Origin: Bacilli bacterium
GTDB taxonomy: Bacteria; Bacillota_I; Bacilli_A; RF39; UBA660
DNA: 32,000 nucleotides
Direction: 5' to 3'
Assembly (NCBI GenBank): GCA_017527675.1
Contig: JAFXPU010000023.1
Span: forward strand, 6,052-38,051
Under the pieces are notes generated by a model that was not told the DNA's origin, did not search any database, and worked only from the letters and a program-made list of their open reading frames with translations. This document shows, piece by piece, positions 9,067 through 17,142 of this stretch. Within the stretch, counting starts at the first letter, position 1; every line of letters starts with the position of its first letter. Position numbers and translations under genes: made by a program.

Positions 9067-9572
9067 ATGAAAACACTATATTTAATTACTGGCCCAGCTG
9101 GTGTAGGTAAATCAACAATTTCTAATAAATTAGCATCATTATTAGATAAATCAGCTTTGATAGAAGGGATGATTTATATCATCAAGTTATAGGTAGTTAT
9201 AAGTCACCATGGAAGGAAGGTAATCATGTTGATTTAATGTGGCAAAATGCTATTATGCTTATTAAAAATTATTTGAATCACGATTATGATGTAATTTTTA
9301 ATTATATAGTGGAACCAAGTAAATTTGAATTGATAAAAGAAACCTTTAAGGATTAGCAAATAAAGTTTATAGTATTAATGGTTGATTCAGATACATTACT
9401 AAAAAGAGATAGAAAAAGACCATTAGACTGTCAAATGAAAGAAAGATGTTTAGTTTTACTTGAGAATTTTAAAAAACATAATTATGATGAAAAATATATA
9501 TTAAATACTGGTGTGAAAAACATAGATGAATGTGTTGAAGAAATACTTAATAATGATCGATTTTTAGTATAG
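9067..9572 (+). pseudogene. Disrupted P-loop NTPase/kinase-like gene (AAA-family small kinase fold)
   Basis: ATG 9067 gives MKTLYLITGPAGVGKST (Walker A) and stops at TAG 9190-9192. Reading continues in another frame from about 9172 (DDLYHQVIGSYKSPWKEG...) up to an in-frame TAG at 9354-9356. It then joins the track ORF 9378-9572. Confidence 0.75.
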
Positions 9573-9580
9573 GAGGTTAT

Positions 9581-10087
9581 ATGAATTTAGAGGATTTAAA
9601 ATGTATAGAAAATAATATTAATCCAGATGAATATTTAAAACATTATAAATATGTTAGAGATAATATGGAACATCCTGAATGGTTAGGAACATTTAAAAAA
9701 AATGAAGTAGAAGATATTTTAGCAATTGGTGGAAAGATATGGATGTATTATAATCCTACTAATAATGATGTAGTTTGTTCAGTATTTTATATTCCGCCCA
9801 AGAATAAGTCACTTAGAAAACATAATATAGAAACCGATGAAAAAGAAACTGGTTCTTTAGGACCAATTATGGTATCACCAAATTATGTTGGTAATGGCTT
9901 ACAACTAAAAATGATGAAAGTCTTTAATGATTATGTTAAATCTTTAGGACAAAAATATATTTTTACTAAGGCTCATAGTGATAATATTTATTCTATACGC
10001 AATATACTAAAAGACGGCTATAAATTAGTCCATGAATATGAAAATGAAAGAGGTCCAATGTCTGCTTTCTTTAAGATAATGGATTAG
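9581..10087 (+). CDS. GNAT-family N-acetyltransferase (putative)
   Basis: 168 aa. VSPNYVGNGLQLKMM resembles the GNAT motif A acetyl-CoA loop. SD AGGAGG upstream. Confidence 0.55.
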   Translation: MNLEDLKCIENNINPDEYLKHYKYVRDNMEHPEWLGTFKKNEVEDILAIGGKIWMYYNPTNNDVVCSVFYIPPKNKSLRKHNIETDEKETGSLGPIMVSPNYVGNGLQLKMMKVFNDYVKSLGQKYIFTKAHSDNIYSIRNILKDGYKLVHEYENERGPMSAFFKIMD

Positions 10088-10094
10088 GTGATTT

Positions 10095-11471
10095 ATGAAA
10101 AAGAACTATTTATTATATTTAGGTTTATTTTTAATTATTATTGGTTGTTCTACCTTGTTATTAATTCTTAAAGATAATAAAAAAGAAGAAACTAAAAAGA
10201 CAATTGTTACTATAGATATCAATCCTAGTATTGAACTTACAATTGATGATAAAGAAAAAGTAATTGATATAAAGGCCTTAAATGAGGATGCTAAAAAGAT
10301 TGTTAGTGAAGATTTAAAAAATAAAGAATTGGATCAGGTATTTGAAGTAATAGTTGAAAAGGCTATTAGTAATCATTATCTTGATAGAGGTAATATAGTT
10401 TTAGTAAATGTAGATGGAAAAATTGAAGAAGGTAAAATAACTAGTAAACTACAGGATATATTTGCTGAACGTCATTATCCTGTGGAAATAGTTATTCCTA
10501 AAATTACTAAAGAAGATGAAAAGTTAGCTAAAAAGTATAATATTACTCCTGCTAAAGCAGCTTATATTAATGAGGTAGCTAAGAGTAATGAAAATATTAA
10601 AATAGAAAACTTAATTGATAGACCTGTTTATGAATTAAAAGAAATAAAAGAGCGTGGACGTTATTGTGAAGATGGCTATTTCTTAGAAGGCGATTTCTGT
10701 CATAAAGAAATCGAAACACAAGCTGCCTCAACTGGTCCTGTTTGTCCAGATAGGTATTTTGATGCTGATGGTACCTGTTATAGAGGTTATAGTCTAAAAG
10801 AAAAAGAAGGTTGCAGTAACGGACAAGAACTTAAAAATGGTAAATGTGTTGGTGAAAGAGTAGAAGATGCGTTAATTAAATATTCATGTGCTACAGGTGA
10901 ACTAACTAGAAGAAGTGAAATACCATATCAACCTGTACGTGATACTGGTAACCCAGAGGAAATGATGTGTATGGATAAATCAACAGGTGTTGCTCCAACT
11001 CAAAGATGTTTATTAAATTCTGGACATATTATGATTGATGGGGCATGTTATAATGGACCAGCACCATTAATTGATGGCGGATGTCCTGGACCTGATTTAC
11101 CTATTAATGGTTGGTGTTATTCAAAAGATGATGGTGATCAATGGCAATGTCCAGATGGTTTTATCTATGAATATTCCAAAGATACTTATGTTGAGTTATG
11201 TCCTGATACATTTACTTATAGTACGGCAAGTTCTTCATATTACTGTGAAAAAGGATATGAACTTCAAGGTGATAAATGTGTAACTAATGCATCTACTAAA
11301 CCAGAGATGATTAGATATTGTGATAATGGTTATACATTGTATCAAGATAGAATATGCCTTGATTATAATGATTCTAAGGACTTTATTGAAGGTTTAGTAT
11401 GTGATTATCCAAATAGCAGACTAGAAGATGGAAAATGTATTATTTATGATATAAAAGAAGCTTTAGAGTAG
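10095..11471 (+). CDS. Membrane-anchored extracytoplasmic protein with a cysteine-repeat C-terminal region
   Basis: N-terminal hydrophobic anchor. The juxtamembrane segment TIDINPSIELTID recalls extracytoplasmic regions of some anti-sigma-like proteins (weak). The C-terminal half has 20 Cys, mostly as C-x10-12-C pairs. Confidence 0.8.
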   Translation: MKKNYLLYLGLFLIIIGCSTLLLILKDNKKEETKKTIVTIDINPSIELTIDDKEKVIDIKALNEDAKKIVSEDLKNKELDQVFEVIVEKAISNHYLDRGNIVLVNVDGKIEEGKITSKLQDIFAERHYPVEIVIPKITKEDEKLAKKYNITPAKAAYINEVAKSNENIKIENLIDRPVYELKEIKERGRYCEDGYFLEGDFCHKEIETQAASTGPVCPDRYFDADGTCYRGYSLKEKEGCSNGQELKNGKCVGERVEDALIKYSCATGELTRRSEIPYQPVRDTGNPEEMMCMDKSTGVAPTQRCLLNSGHIMIDGACYNGPAPLIDGGCPGPDLPINGWCYSKDDGDQWQCPDGFIYEYSKDTYVELCPDTFTYSTASSSYYCEKGYELQGDKCVTNASTKPEMIRYCDNGYTLYQDRICLDYNDSKDFIEGLVCDYPNSRLEDGKCIIYDIKEALE

Positions 11472-11489
11472 ATAATAATCTACTCTTTT
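11466..11489 (+). terminator. Rho-independent terminator overlapping the stop of the Cys-repeat gene
   Basis: GAGTAGAT (11466-11473) / ATCTACTC (11478-11485), loop AATA, then TTTT. Confidence 0.65.
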
Positions 11490-11490
11490 G

Positions 11491-11499
11491 TGTTATAAT
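11491..11499 (+). promoter_or_regulatory. Extended -10 box TGtTATAAT for the HAD-zincin fusion gene
   Basis: Exact TGnTATAAT directly after the terminator at 11466-11489. Confidence 0.5.
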
Positions 11500-11515
11500 G
11501 ATGTTAGGTGATAGT

Positions 11516-12793
11516 ATGAAGAAAAATAAATTAATCCTATTTGATTGGGGTAATATAGTTGAAGATGGTACTGCTTGTAAACAGGCTTGGTTTGATTTAT
11601 TTGCCGAGGCTGGTTATGATGCTGATGATACAAGAACTCGTCTTCGTACTTATGAGTTATCTTCTATTAAAACCGAGGAAGAGTTTAAAAAAACTTATAA
11701 GGAAATGAAAAAAGACTTTAATCTTAAAGTAGATTTTGAAGGTTTTAAAAAAATCTATCTTAAACACTATGCCAATATAAAATACTATCCAGAAATTGCT
11801 GAATATGAACATTCACTAGGCGATAAATGCTATATTGGAATACTATCTAATTTATGTATTTTTGATAAAGAAAGAATAGATAAACAATTAGGATTAGCTA
11901 ATTATGATTATACATTCTTATCATTTGAAATAGGTGCTAAAAAACCAAATAAAGAAATATTTGAATATGTTATGGATAATGTTCCATTTGCACCAAAAGA
12001 TATTATATTTATTGATGATAAAGATGGAAATATTAATATGGCTAAGGAAATGGGTTGGAATACTTTAAAAGCTACTCATGAAGATTTTGATTTAATTAAA
12101 GAAGAATGTGAAAACTTTATTGATAATGATAATAAAAAATACTACATATATGAGATGAACATTAATACATTAAATGTTCTATCAATTGTTTTATTTGCTT
12201 TTATGATTATTCTAACTTATATTATTAAAGGTAATATGAGATTTGAATATCAAGAATTAGCTTTAATGCTTATGCTGATGATACCATATTTAATCTTACA
12301 TGAATTAATACATGCGCTTGCTTATATAATAAATGGAGCAAGTCCAAAACGTATTACTTTTGGTGCTCACTTGGAAAAAAGTGTATTATGCTGTTTATGT
12401 AAGCAAAATGTTAAAAAAAGAAATATTTTAATATCATTAGTTAGTCCTTTTATTGTAATTGGAGTAGTAACTTACATAATAGGAATTATTTTAAATAATG
12501 CTATGTTAATTTATTTATCAATTATGAATATATCAGGTTGTTCTGGTGATTTAATGATGTTTTTGGCCTTTTTAAAATTAAAAGATTTTGAATATGCTGA
12601 ATACGATAATCCTATATCTTTTGGTTTATATAGTAAAAAAGATTTATCTAAGGAAAAGATGCTTGGATTAAAATATATAGAAACAAAAAATAAATTAAAA
12701 CAGGATGATTTAAAGAAAATTAGTATAAGTAAAGTAAGTATGATTTATTTTATATGTATAATCATTGGTAGTTTATTATTATTGTTTTTATAG
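11516..12793 (+). CDS. Fusion protein: YihX-like HAD phosphatase domain plus DUF3267-like membrane zincin domain
   Basis: HAD motif I variant LILFDWGNIV (D at 11543-11545) and IIFIDDKDGNINMAKEMGW. The C-terminal half has TM helices with HELIH (12299-12313). The track start 11498 lies inside the -10 box, so I chose ATG 11516 after AGGTGAT. Confidence 0.7.
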   Translation: MKKNKLILFDWGNIVEDGTACKQAWFDLFAEAGYDADDTRTRLRTYELSSIKTEEEFKKTYKEMKKDFNLKVDFEGFKKIYLKHYANIKYYPEIAEYEHSLGDKCYIGILSNLCIFDKERIDKQLGLANYDYTFLSFEIGAKKPNKEIFEYVMDNVPFAPKDIIFIDDKDGNINMAKEMGWNTLKATHEDFDLIKEECENFIDNDNKKYYIYEMNINTLNVLSIVLFAFMIILTYIIKGNMRFEYQELALMLMLMIPYLILHELIHALAYIINGASPKRITFGAHLEKSVLCCLCKQNVKKRNILISLVSPFIVIGVVTYIIGIILNNAMLIYLSIMNISGCSGDLMMFLAFLKLKDFEYAEYDNPISFGLYSKKDLSKEKMLGLKYIETKNKLKQDDLKKISISKVSMIYFICIIIGSLLLLFL

Positions 12794-12801
12794 GAGGTTT
12801 T

Positions 12802-13743
12802 ATGAATGCTAGGGAATTAATGCAAGTTATTGATAATCTAAAGGTTGATTCATCAGAATTTACAGTTTTGTCATCTGGGGGGTTAACTATTCGTGGTATT
12901 TTAAAGGAGGCTCATGATTTAGATATTGCAGTAACAAAAAAGGGATTGGAACAATTAATAGAAAACTATGATATAAGACCAAAAGAAGGTAATCCAGGTT
13001 GGTATATTGTCAGTGATATTATTGAGGCTGTGGATGATTCTATGGATGGTAAAAAAGAAAGATTTGGCCGTATATATATTCAAGATATTTATAATTATCG
13101 TGATTATCTAGAAGGTAGTAAACGTGAAAAGGATAAATTAAGAATACCTCTAGTAGATGCTTATATTAAAAAAAGAGAATTGGTGAAAAAGTATGACAAA
13201 TTAGAAACAGATAGATTAATTCTTAGAAAAGCCTGTTTAGAAGATTTAGATGATATTTATAATAATGTATGGTCTGATCCAAAACTAGCTGAAAATATGT
13301 TATGGCGTCCAAATACGGATATTGAATCAGCAAGAGATAGGTTATACCGTAATATACCTTTTCAAAAGGATAATTTTACTTATTTTGTTTGTTTAAAAGA
13401 AACTGATGAAGTAATTGGTTTTGCTGGTGTTCAAGAGTTTAGACCACATGTTTTTGAAGATTATGGTATATGTCTTGCTCAAAAATATCAAGGTATGGGT
13501 TTAGCTTCTGAGTTTATGGAAGCCTTAAAAAAACTTGTTTTTGAAGAACTAGGTGGAGAAGAATTTTATTATACTTGTTTTTCTCATAATACAAAATCTA
13601 GTACTTTATGTAAAAGATGTGGATTTACATATATTGGTTCAGAACCTCGTGTTCGAGAATATGATGGTATGAATTATATTTTAGATAAATATATTATGAA
13701 TAAGGAAATGTATAAAAATAATAAAAATATCAAAAAAAAATAG
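12802..13743 (+). CDS. Fusion protein: pol-beta-fold nucleotidyltransferase-like N-domain plus RimJ/RimL-type GNAT acetyltransferase
   Basis: N-domain has SSGG-x11-DLD (GG at 12877-12882, DLD at 12916-12924). C-domain has TDRLILRKACLEDLDDIY ... QKYQGMGLASEF ... HNTKSSTLCKRCGF, typical of Acetyltransf_3-type GNATs. Confidence 0.65.
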   Translation: MNARELMQVIDNLKVDSSEFTVLSSGGLTIRGILKEAHDLDIAVTKKGLEQLIENYDIRPKEGNPGWYIVSDIIEAVDDSMDGKKERFGRIYIQDIYNYRDYLEGSKREKDKLRIPLVDAYIKKRELVKKYDKLETDRLILRKACLEDLDDIYNNVWSDPKLAENMLWRPNTDIESARDRLYRNIPFQKDNFTYFVCLKETDEVIGFAGVQEFRPHVFEDYGICLAQKYQGMGLASEFMEALKKLVFEELGGEEFYYTCFSHNTKSSTLCKRCGFTYIGSEPRVREYDGMNYILDKYIMNKEMYKNNKNIKKK

Positions 13744-13760
13744 ATTAATTCTATTTTTTT
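13739..13760 (+). terminator. Rho-independent terminator after the NTase-GNAT gene
   Basis: AATAGA / TCTATT stem, 5-nt loop, T-run. Short stem. Confidence 0.45.
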
Positions 13761-13762
13761 TA

Positions 13763-13771
13763 TGTTATAAT
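13763..13771 (+). promoter_or_regulatory. Extended -10 box TGtTATAAT for the gene at 13798
   Basis: Exact TGnTATAAT after the terminator at 13739-13760. Confidence 0.5.
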
Positions 13772-13797
13772 ATAGCAAGTTGAAAGGAAGATATGCT

Positions 13798-14745
13798 ATG
13801 GATCAGTATGTAGAGGAAGTAAAAGAATATCTTAATAGTAATCCAGGATTAACTGAAGATGAAATAGTTATGTATGTTTATCTTGATTTAGCATCTAGAT
13901 TAAGATTTGATGCTGATTTCTTTTTTGGTGGAAGAAAGAAGAAAAGTGAAATATATCATAAAGCCTCTATTATAACTGAATTAAATAAATGTTTTGATAA
14001 TCATAAAATAATATGTAAATCATCAGCATACATATTTGAATATATACTAAAAAAACTTGGTATAAATGTTGTTACTATAAATGAAGTTAATCCATTAATT
14101 AAATATGAGCATGTAGTAAATATTGTTATTTCAGCTGATGGTAAAAAAAGTTATCAGGTTGATTTACAAAATGATTTAACTAATATTCATTATCATTGTT
14201 TTACTTCTAATTTTGGAAAAAATATTTATAATGATAAGGAATATATTATATCACCATTAAGACAAAAACAAATGCACCAAAAACTTGGATATATTAGTGA
14301 TGAAAATCCATATTTAGATGATTATGTTAGTCAATTTAGAATGTATATGCCATCTGATTTATCACTAGCTGAACAAGTTAATTTAGTATTAACTAATATT
14401 GAACCATATCCATTTTTAAATGTTTCTTATTGGGAAAGAAGATGGAAACATGAGCAAATGTTAAAAGAAATATTTGGTAGTAGAAAGCTATCTAATAAAC
14501 TCCATACAGTCGAATTTTATCAAAAAATTGATGGAGAAACAATAAACAATAATGGTTATTTTATGTTTGATAAAGATGGAGTAACAGTTTATTATTATAA
14601 TATTGATACTTTTTGTTATGAGGCATATGATGTTCCTTCTTTTGCTCAAAAGGTGTTAGATGAAGATATTTGTTATCGACAAGGTATTAAAGGCTTAAAT
14701 AGTGAAATAAACAAATTAAGGAAACAGAAGGTTAAAAAAATATAA
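13798..14745 (+). CDS. Hypothetical protein, possible transglutaminase-like cysteine peptidase fold
   Basis: Ordered Cys (14014-14016, IICKSSAYIFEYILKKLGI), His (14110-12, KYEHVVNIV) and Asp (14161-63, QVDLQND) with spacing reminiscent of transglutaminase-core proteins. ATG 13798 follows SD AAAGGAAG. Confidence 0.4.
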   Translation: MDQYVEEVKEYLNSNPGLTEDEIVMYVYLDLASRLRFDADFFFGGRKKKSEIYHKASIITELNKCFDNHKIICKSSAYIFEYILKKLGINVVTINEVNPLIKYEHVVNIVISADGKKSYQVDLQNDLTNIHYHCFTSNFGKNIYNDKEYIISPLRQKQMHQKLGYISDENPYLDDYVSQFRMYMPSDLSLAEQVNLVLTNIEPYPFLNVSYWERRWKHEQMLKEIFGSRKLSNKLHTVEFYQKIDGETINNNGYFMFDKDGVTVYYYNIDTFCYEAYDVPSFAQKVLDEDICYRQGIKGLNSEINKLRKQKVKKI

Positions 14746-14771
14746 TTACGTATGTATTTATATTTTTTTTA

Positions 14772-14780
14772 TGATATAAT
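14772..14780 (+). promoter_or_regulatory. Extended -10 box TGaTATAAT for the degenerate AAA mini-gene
   Basis: Exact TGnTATAAT 36 nt upstream of ATG 14817. Confidence 0.5.
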
Positions 14781-14816
14781 AAATCTAGAATAAAGATAAA
14801 CATAAAGGAGATAAAA

Positions 14817-15209
14817 ATGAAAAATAGAAGTGAACTATTAAAAGAGTATTTAAAAGCTAATGTAGTACCAGTATTAGTTGATTATGTTTTTGGAGAAGAT
14901 TTATATGATGCCGTTGTTATACCAGCTGATATTAAGAAAGAAGAATTAACTGGCCATTATGAAGGAGAGAATTATTTACCACCAAAGTGGTATAGTGCAT
15001 GTGCTGATACAGTAGAAGGAGATATTTTAATTATTGATCGTATTGATACTATTCCTAAAGAAGAACAATTAAAATTTGTTGAGTTACTTGAGTACCGTAA
15101 AGTATCAACATTTGAACTTCCAAGTAATACGGTTGTTATGGTAACTGCCAATAAAATTAGTAAGGATACTATTCATGAAGAAATATTATCATTAGTAGCA
15201 ATTGTTTAA
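14817..15209 (+). CDS. Small degenerate AAA-core-like protein (no Walker A; DR in place of the Walker B DE)
   Basis: 130 aa with its own TGATATAAT promoter, AAGGAG SD and terminator. PPKWY..GDILIIDRIDTIP..LPSNTVVMVTANK aligns by eye with KPAWL..LHILFFDEISNALP..LPANARIVAAGNE of the ATPase at 26995-29007. Confidence 0.5.
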   Translation: MKNRSELLKEYLKANVVPVLVDYVFGEDLYDAVVIPADIKKEELTGHYEGENYLPPKWYSACADTVEGDILIIDRIDTIPKEEQLKFVELLEYRKVSTFELPSNTVVMVTANKISKDTIHEEILSLVAIV

Positions 15210-15211
15210 GA

Positions 15212-15242
15212 AAAGAATATATAATAATATATTCTTTTTTTT
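15212..15242 (+). terminator. Rho-independent terminator after the degenerate AAA mini-gene
   Basis: 11-bp stem AAAGAATATAT (15212-15222) / ATATATTCTTT (15227-15237), loop AATA, then a T-run. Confidence 0.7.
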
Positions 15243-15274
15243 GTTAGTAAGTAGTTTTATAAATAGTAAAAATG

Positions 15275-15283
15275 TGCTATAAT
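15275..15283 (+). promoter_or_regulatory. Extended -10 box TGcTATAAT for the LtaS-like gene
   Basis: Exact TGnTATAAT after the terminator at 15212-15242. Confidence 0.5.
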
Positions 15284-15321
15284 TAACTACGTACTGATGA
15301 TGTTTGATGGGAGTTTTAAGT

Positions 15322-17142
15322 ATGAAAAAAATTAACTTTAAACTAATATTTAATATATTAATTCCACTTATATTATTATTAGTTTTTGAAAATAGTTTTT
15401 TAATGTTTTCAAAAACAATGGTATTATCATTATTATTAATATATACTATATATATCTTTTTAGCAGTTTTATTTAAAAATACAAAATGGGCTACTTTAAT
15501 ACTAAGTATAGTTGAGGTAATTATTCTATTTGTATCAAAGATGAAATTAGCAATATCTTATGAACCAATGTTTTTTACAGATGTTATATATGTACAAGAT
15601 GCAGGAGAGATAAATAGTATAGTTGATGGTATTTTTATGGATACTTTGTTTAAATTAATGCCATTTTTTGTAATATCATTAATTATAATAGTTTCTACAA
15701 ATATTTTTAGTTTTAAATATAATTATAAATTTGAAAATCAAAATAAGCGTATGATGATAGCTTGTTTTAGTTATATTATATTATTAATTATGTTTTTACC
15801 AATTGAGTCAATTAATAAATATGTTTTAAATACTTTCTTTGATGCTAATGCTAAAACAAATGAAATTGGTATTAAAAATGGTGTTGAAGCATGTGATAGA
15901 TATGGCCATTTAGCTGCTATATATGGTGACTTATTAGATAGTCGTTTATATAGATATAAACCGGATATTTATGATGAGAAAAAGATTGAAAAAACTTTAT
16001 CTTCTGCTGAAAAATTAGATGATACATCTTTAGGTAAACCAAATATTATAGTCATTTTTTCTGAATCATTCTGGGATATTGATCAAGTAAAGGAAATTGA
16101 GTTTGATAAAGAAATAACCCCAAACTTTAATAGATTAAAAGAAGAAGGATTATTCTTTAATATGATATCTCCATCATTTGGTGGTAATTCAGCAAATGTA
16201 GAATTTGAATTTTTAACAGGTGGATCACTTGCTTATTTTTCTCGCTCTTATGTTGCTTATATGGGACTATATAATAATAAAAAATATAATAATTCACCAA
16301 GCATATTAAGAGATTTAGATAAGGCAGGTTATTATATTAAACTACTTCCATTTTCAACACCAGCCTTATTTAGATGTGGTGAAGTATATAAATACTTTCC
16401 AATAGATGAAGTAGAGTTTTTACCAAAAGTATCTAAAAAGCATACAAAGGGTATTTATCCATCAGATGAATATGCTATGGATAAAGCAATTGAAGCTTTA
16501 GAAAATAAAGAAGAGGGTAGACCACTATTCTATATGACAATGACTATGGAAGCTCATATGCCATTTGTTGATGATAAGTTTGATAAATATGATATTAAAG
16601 TTACTAAAAGTGATTTAGATCCTAAAACAACTAATCAAGCTAAAGTATATGCTCAAGGTGTATATGATGCAGATAGACAATTAGCAAGATTATATGAATA
16701 TGTTAAAACTTTTGATGAACCAACTATTATAGTATTCTATGGTGATCATTTGCCATTCATTGAAGCAATAGATAAATGGAAATTCTTTAATACTAAAGAT
16801 GAAAAATTAAATTACTATAGAAGATATAATACTCAAAGTTTAATACTTGCTAACTTTGATATTAGTAATTTAAAAGAAGAAAATAAAACTGAATTGCAAT
16901 ATTTAGGACCTGATTTATTATCTTCATATATTTTAAATCATATGGATATTGAAATATCTGATTATTATAAATGGTTATATTCAACAAGAAATACAACTGC
17001 TGCATTTAATAGATTTGTGTCAGTTGACCAAAAGGGTAACATTTCTTATACTAAAAATTTAAATAAAGATATGCAAGATTTATATGATTTGCGCAAAATG
17101 ATTCAATATAAATATTTTGTTGATTTAAATTTAAAAAAGTAG
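15322..17142 (+). CDS. LTA synthase family / sulfatase-fold phosphoglycerol transferase-like membrane enzyme
   Basis: About 5 N-terminal TM helices, then an extracytoplasmic sulfatase-like domain (PNIIVIFSESFWD, GGNSANVEFEFLTG, FYGDHLP). ATG 15322 after GGGAG preferred over TTG 15304. Confidence 0.8.
   Translation: MKKINFKLIFNILIPLILLLVFENSFLMFSKTMVLSLLLIYTIYIFLAVLFKNTKWATLILSIVEVIILFVSKMKLAISYEPMFFTDVIYVQDAGEINSIVDGIFMDTLFKLMPFFVISLIIIVSTNIFSFKYNYKFENQNKRMMIACFSYIILLIMFLPIESINKYVLNTFFDANAKTNEIGIKNGVEACDRYGHLAAIYGDLLDSRLYRYKPDIYDEKKIEKTLSSAEKLDDTSLGKPNIIVIFSESFWDIDQVKEIEFDKEITPNFNRLKEEGLFFNMISPSFGGNSANVEFEFLTGGSLAYFSRSYVAYMGLYNNKKYNNSPSILRDLDKAGYYIKLLPFSTPALFRCGEVYKYFPIDEVEFLPKVSKKHTKGIYPSDEYAMDKAIEALENKEEGRPLFYMTMTMEAHMPFVDDKFDKYDIKVTKSDLDPKTTNQAKVYAQGVYDADRQLARLYEYVKTFDEPTIIVFYGDHLPFIEAIDKWKFFNTKDEKLNYYRRYNTQSLILANFDISNLKEENKTELQYLGPDLLSSYILNHMDIEISDYYKWLYSTRNTTAAFNRFVSVDQKGNISYTKNLNKDMQDLYDLRKMIQYKYFVDLNLKK

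Noticed and set aside
9354-9356. An in-frame TAG in the kinase-like gene, as possible recoding (pyrrolysine or read-through).
   Set aside because: The same gene also carries a frameshift. TAG is used as a normal stop elsewhere in the window. No recoding context is visible. Decay is the simpler explanation.
10095-10170. A lipoprotein call for the Cys-repeat protein, based on LIIIGC.
   Set aside because: The Cys sits in the middle of a 21-residue hydrophobic stretch that continues (STLLLIL) past it. This looks more like an uncleaved TM anchor. By contrast, the GH25 protein has a clean lipobox (LLIVGC-GKK).
11071-11283. A 70-aa plus-strand ORF in an alternative frame inside the Cys-repeat gene.
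   Set aside because: It has no SD and overlaps a frame that shows the regular cysteine-pair periodicity. It is probably a chance ORF.
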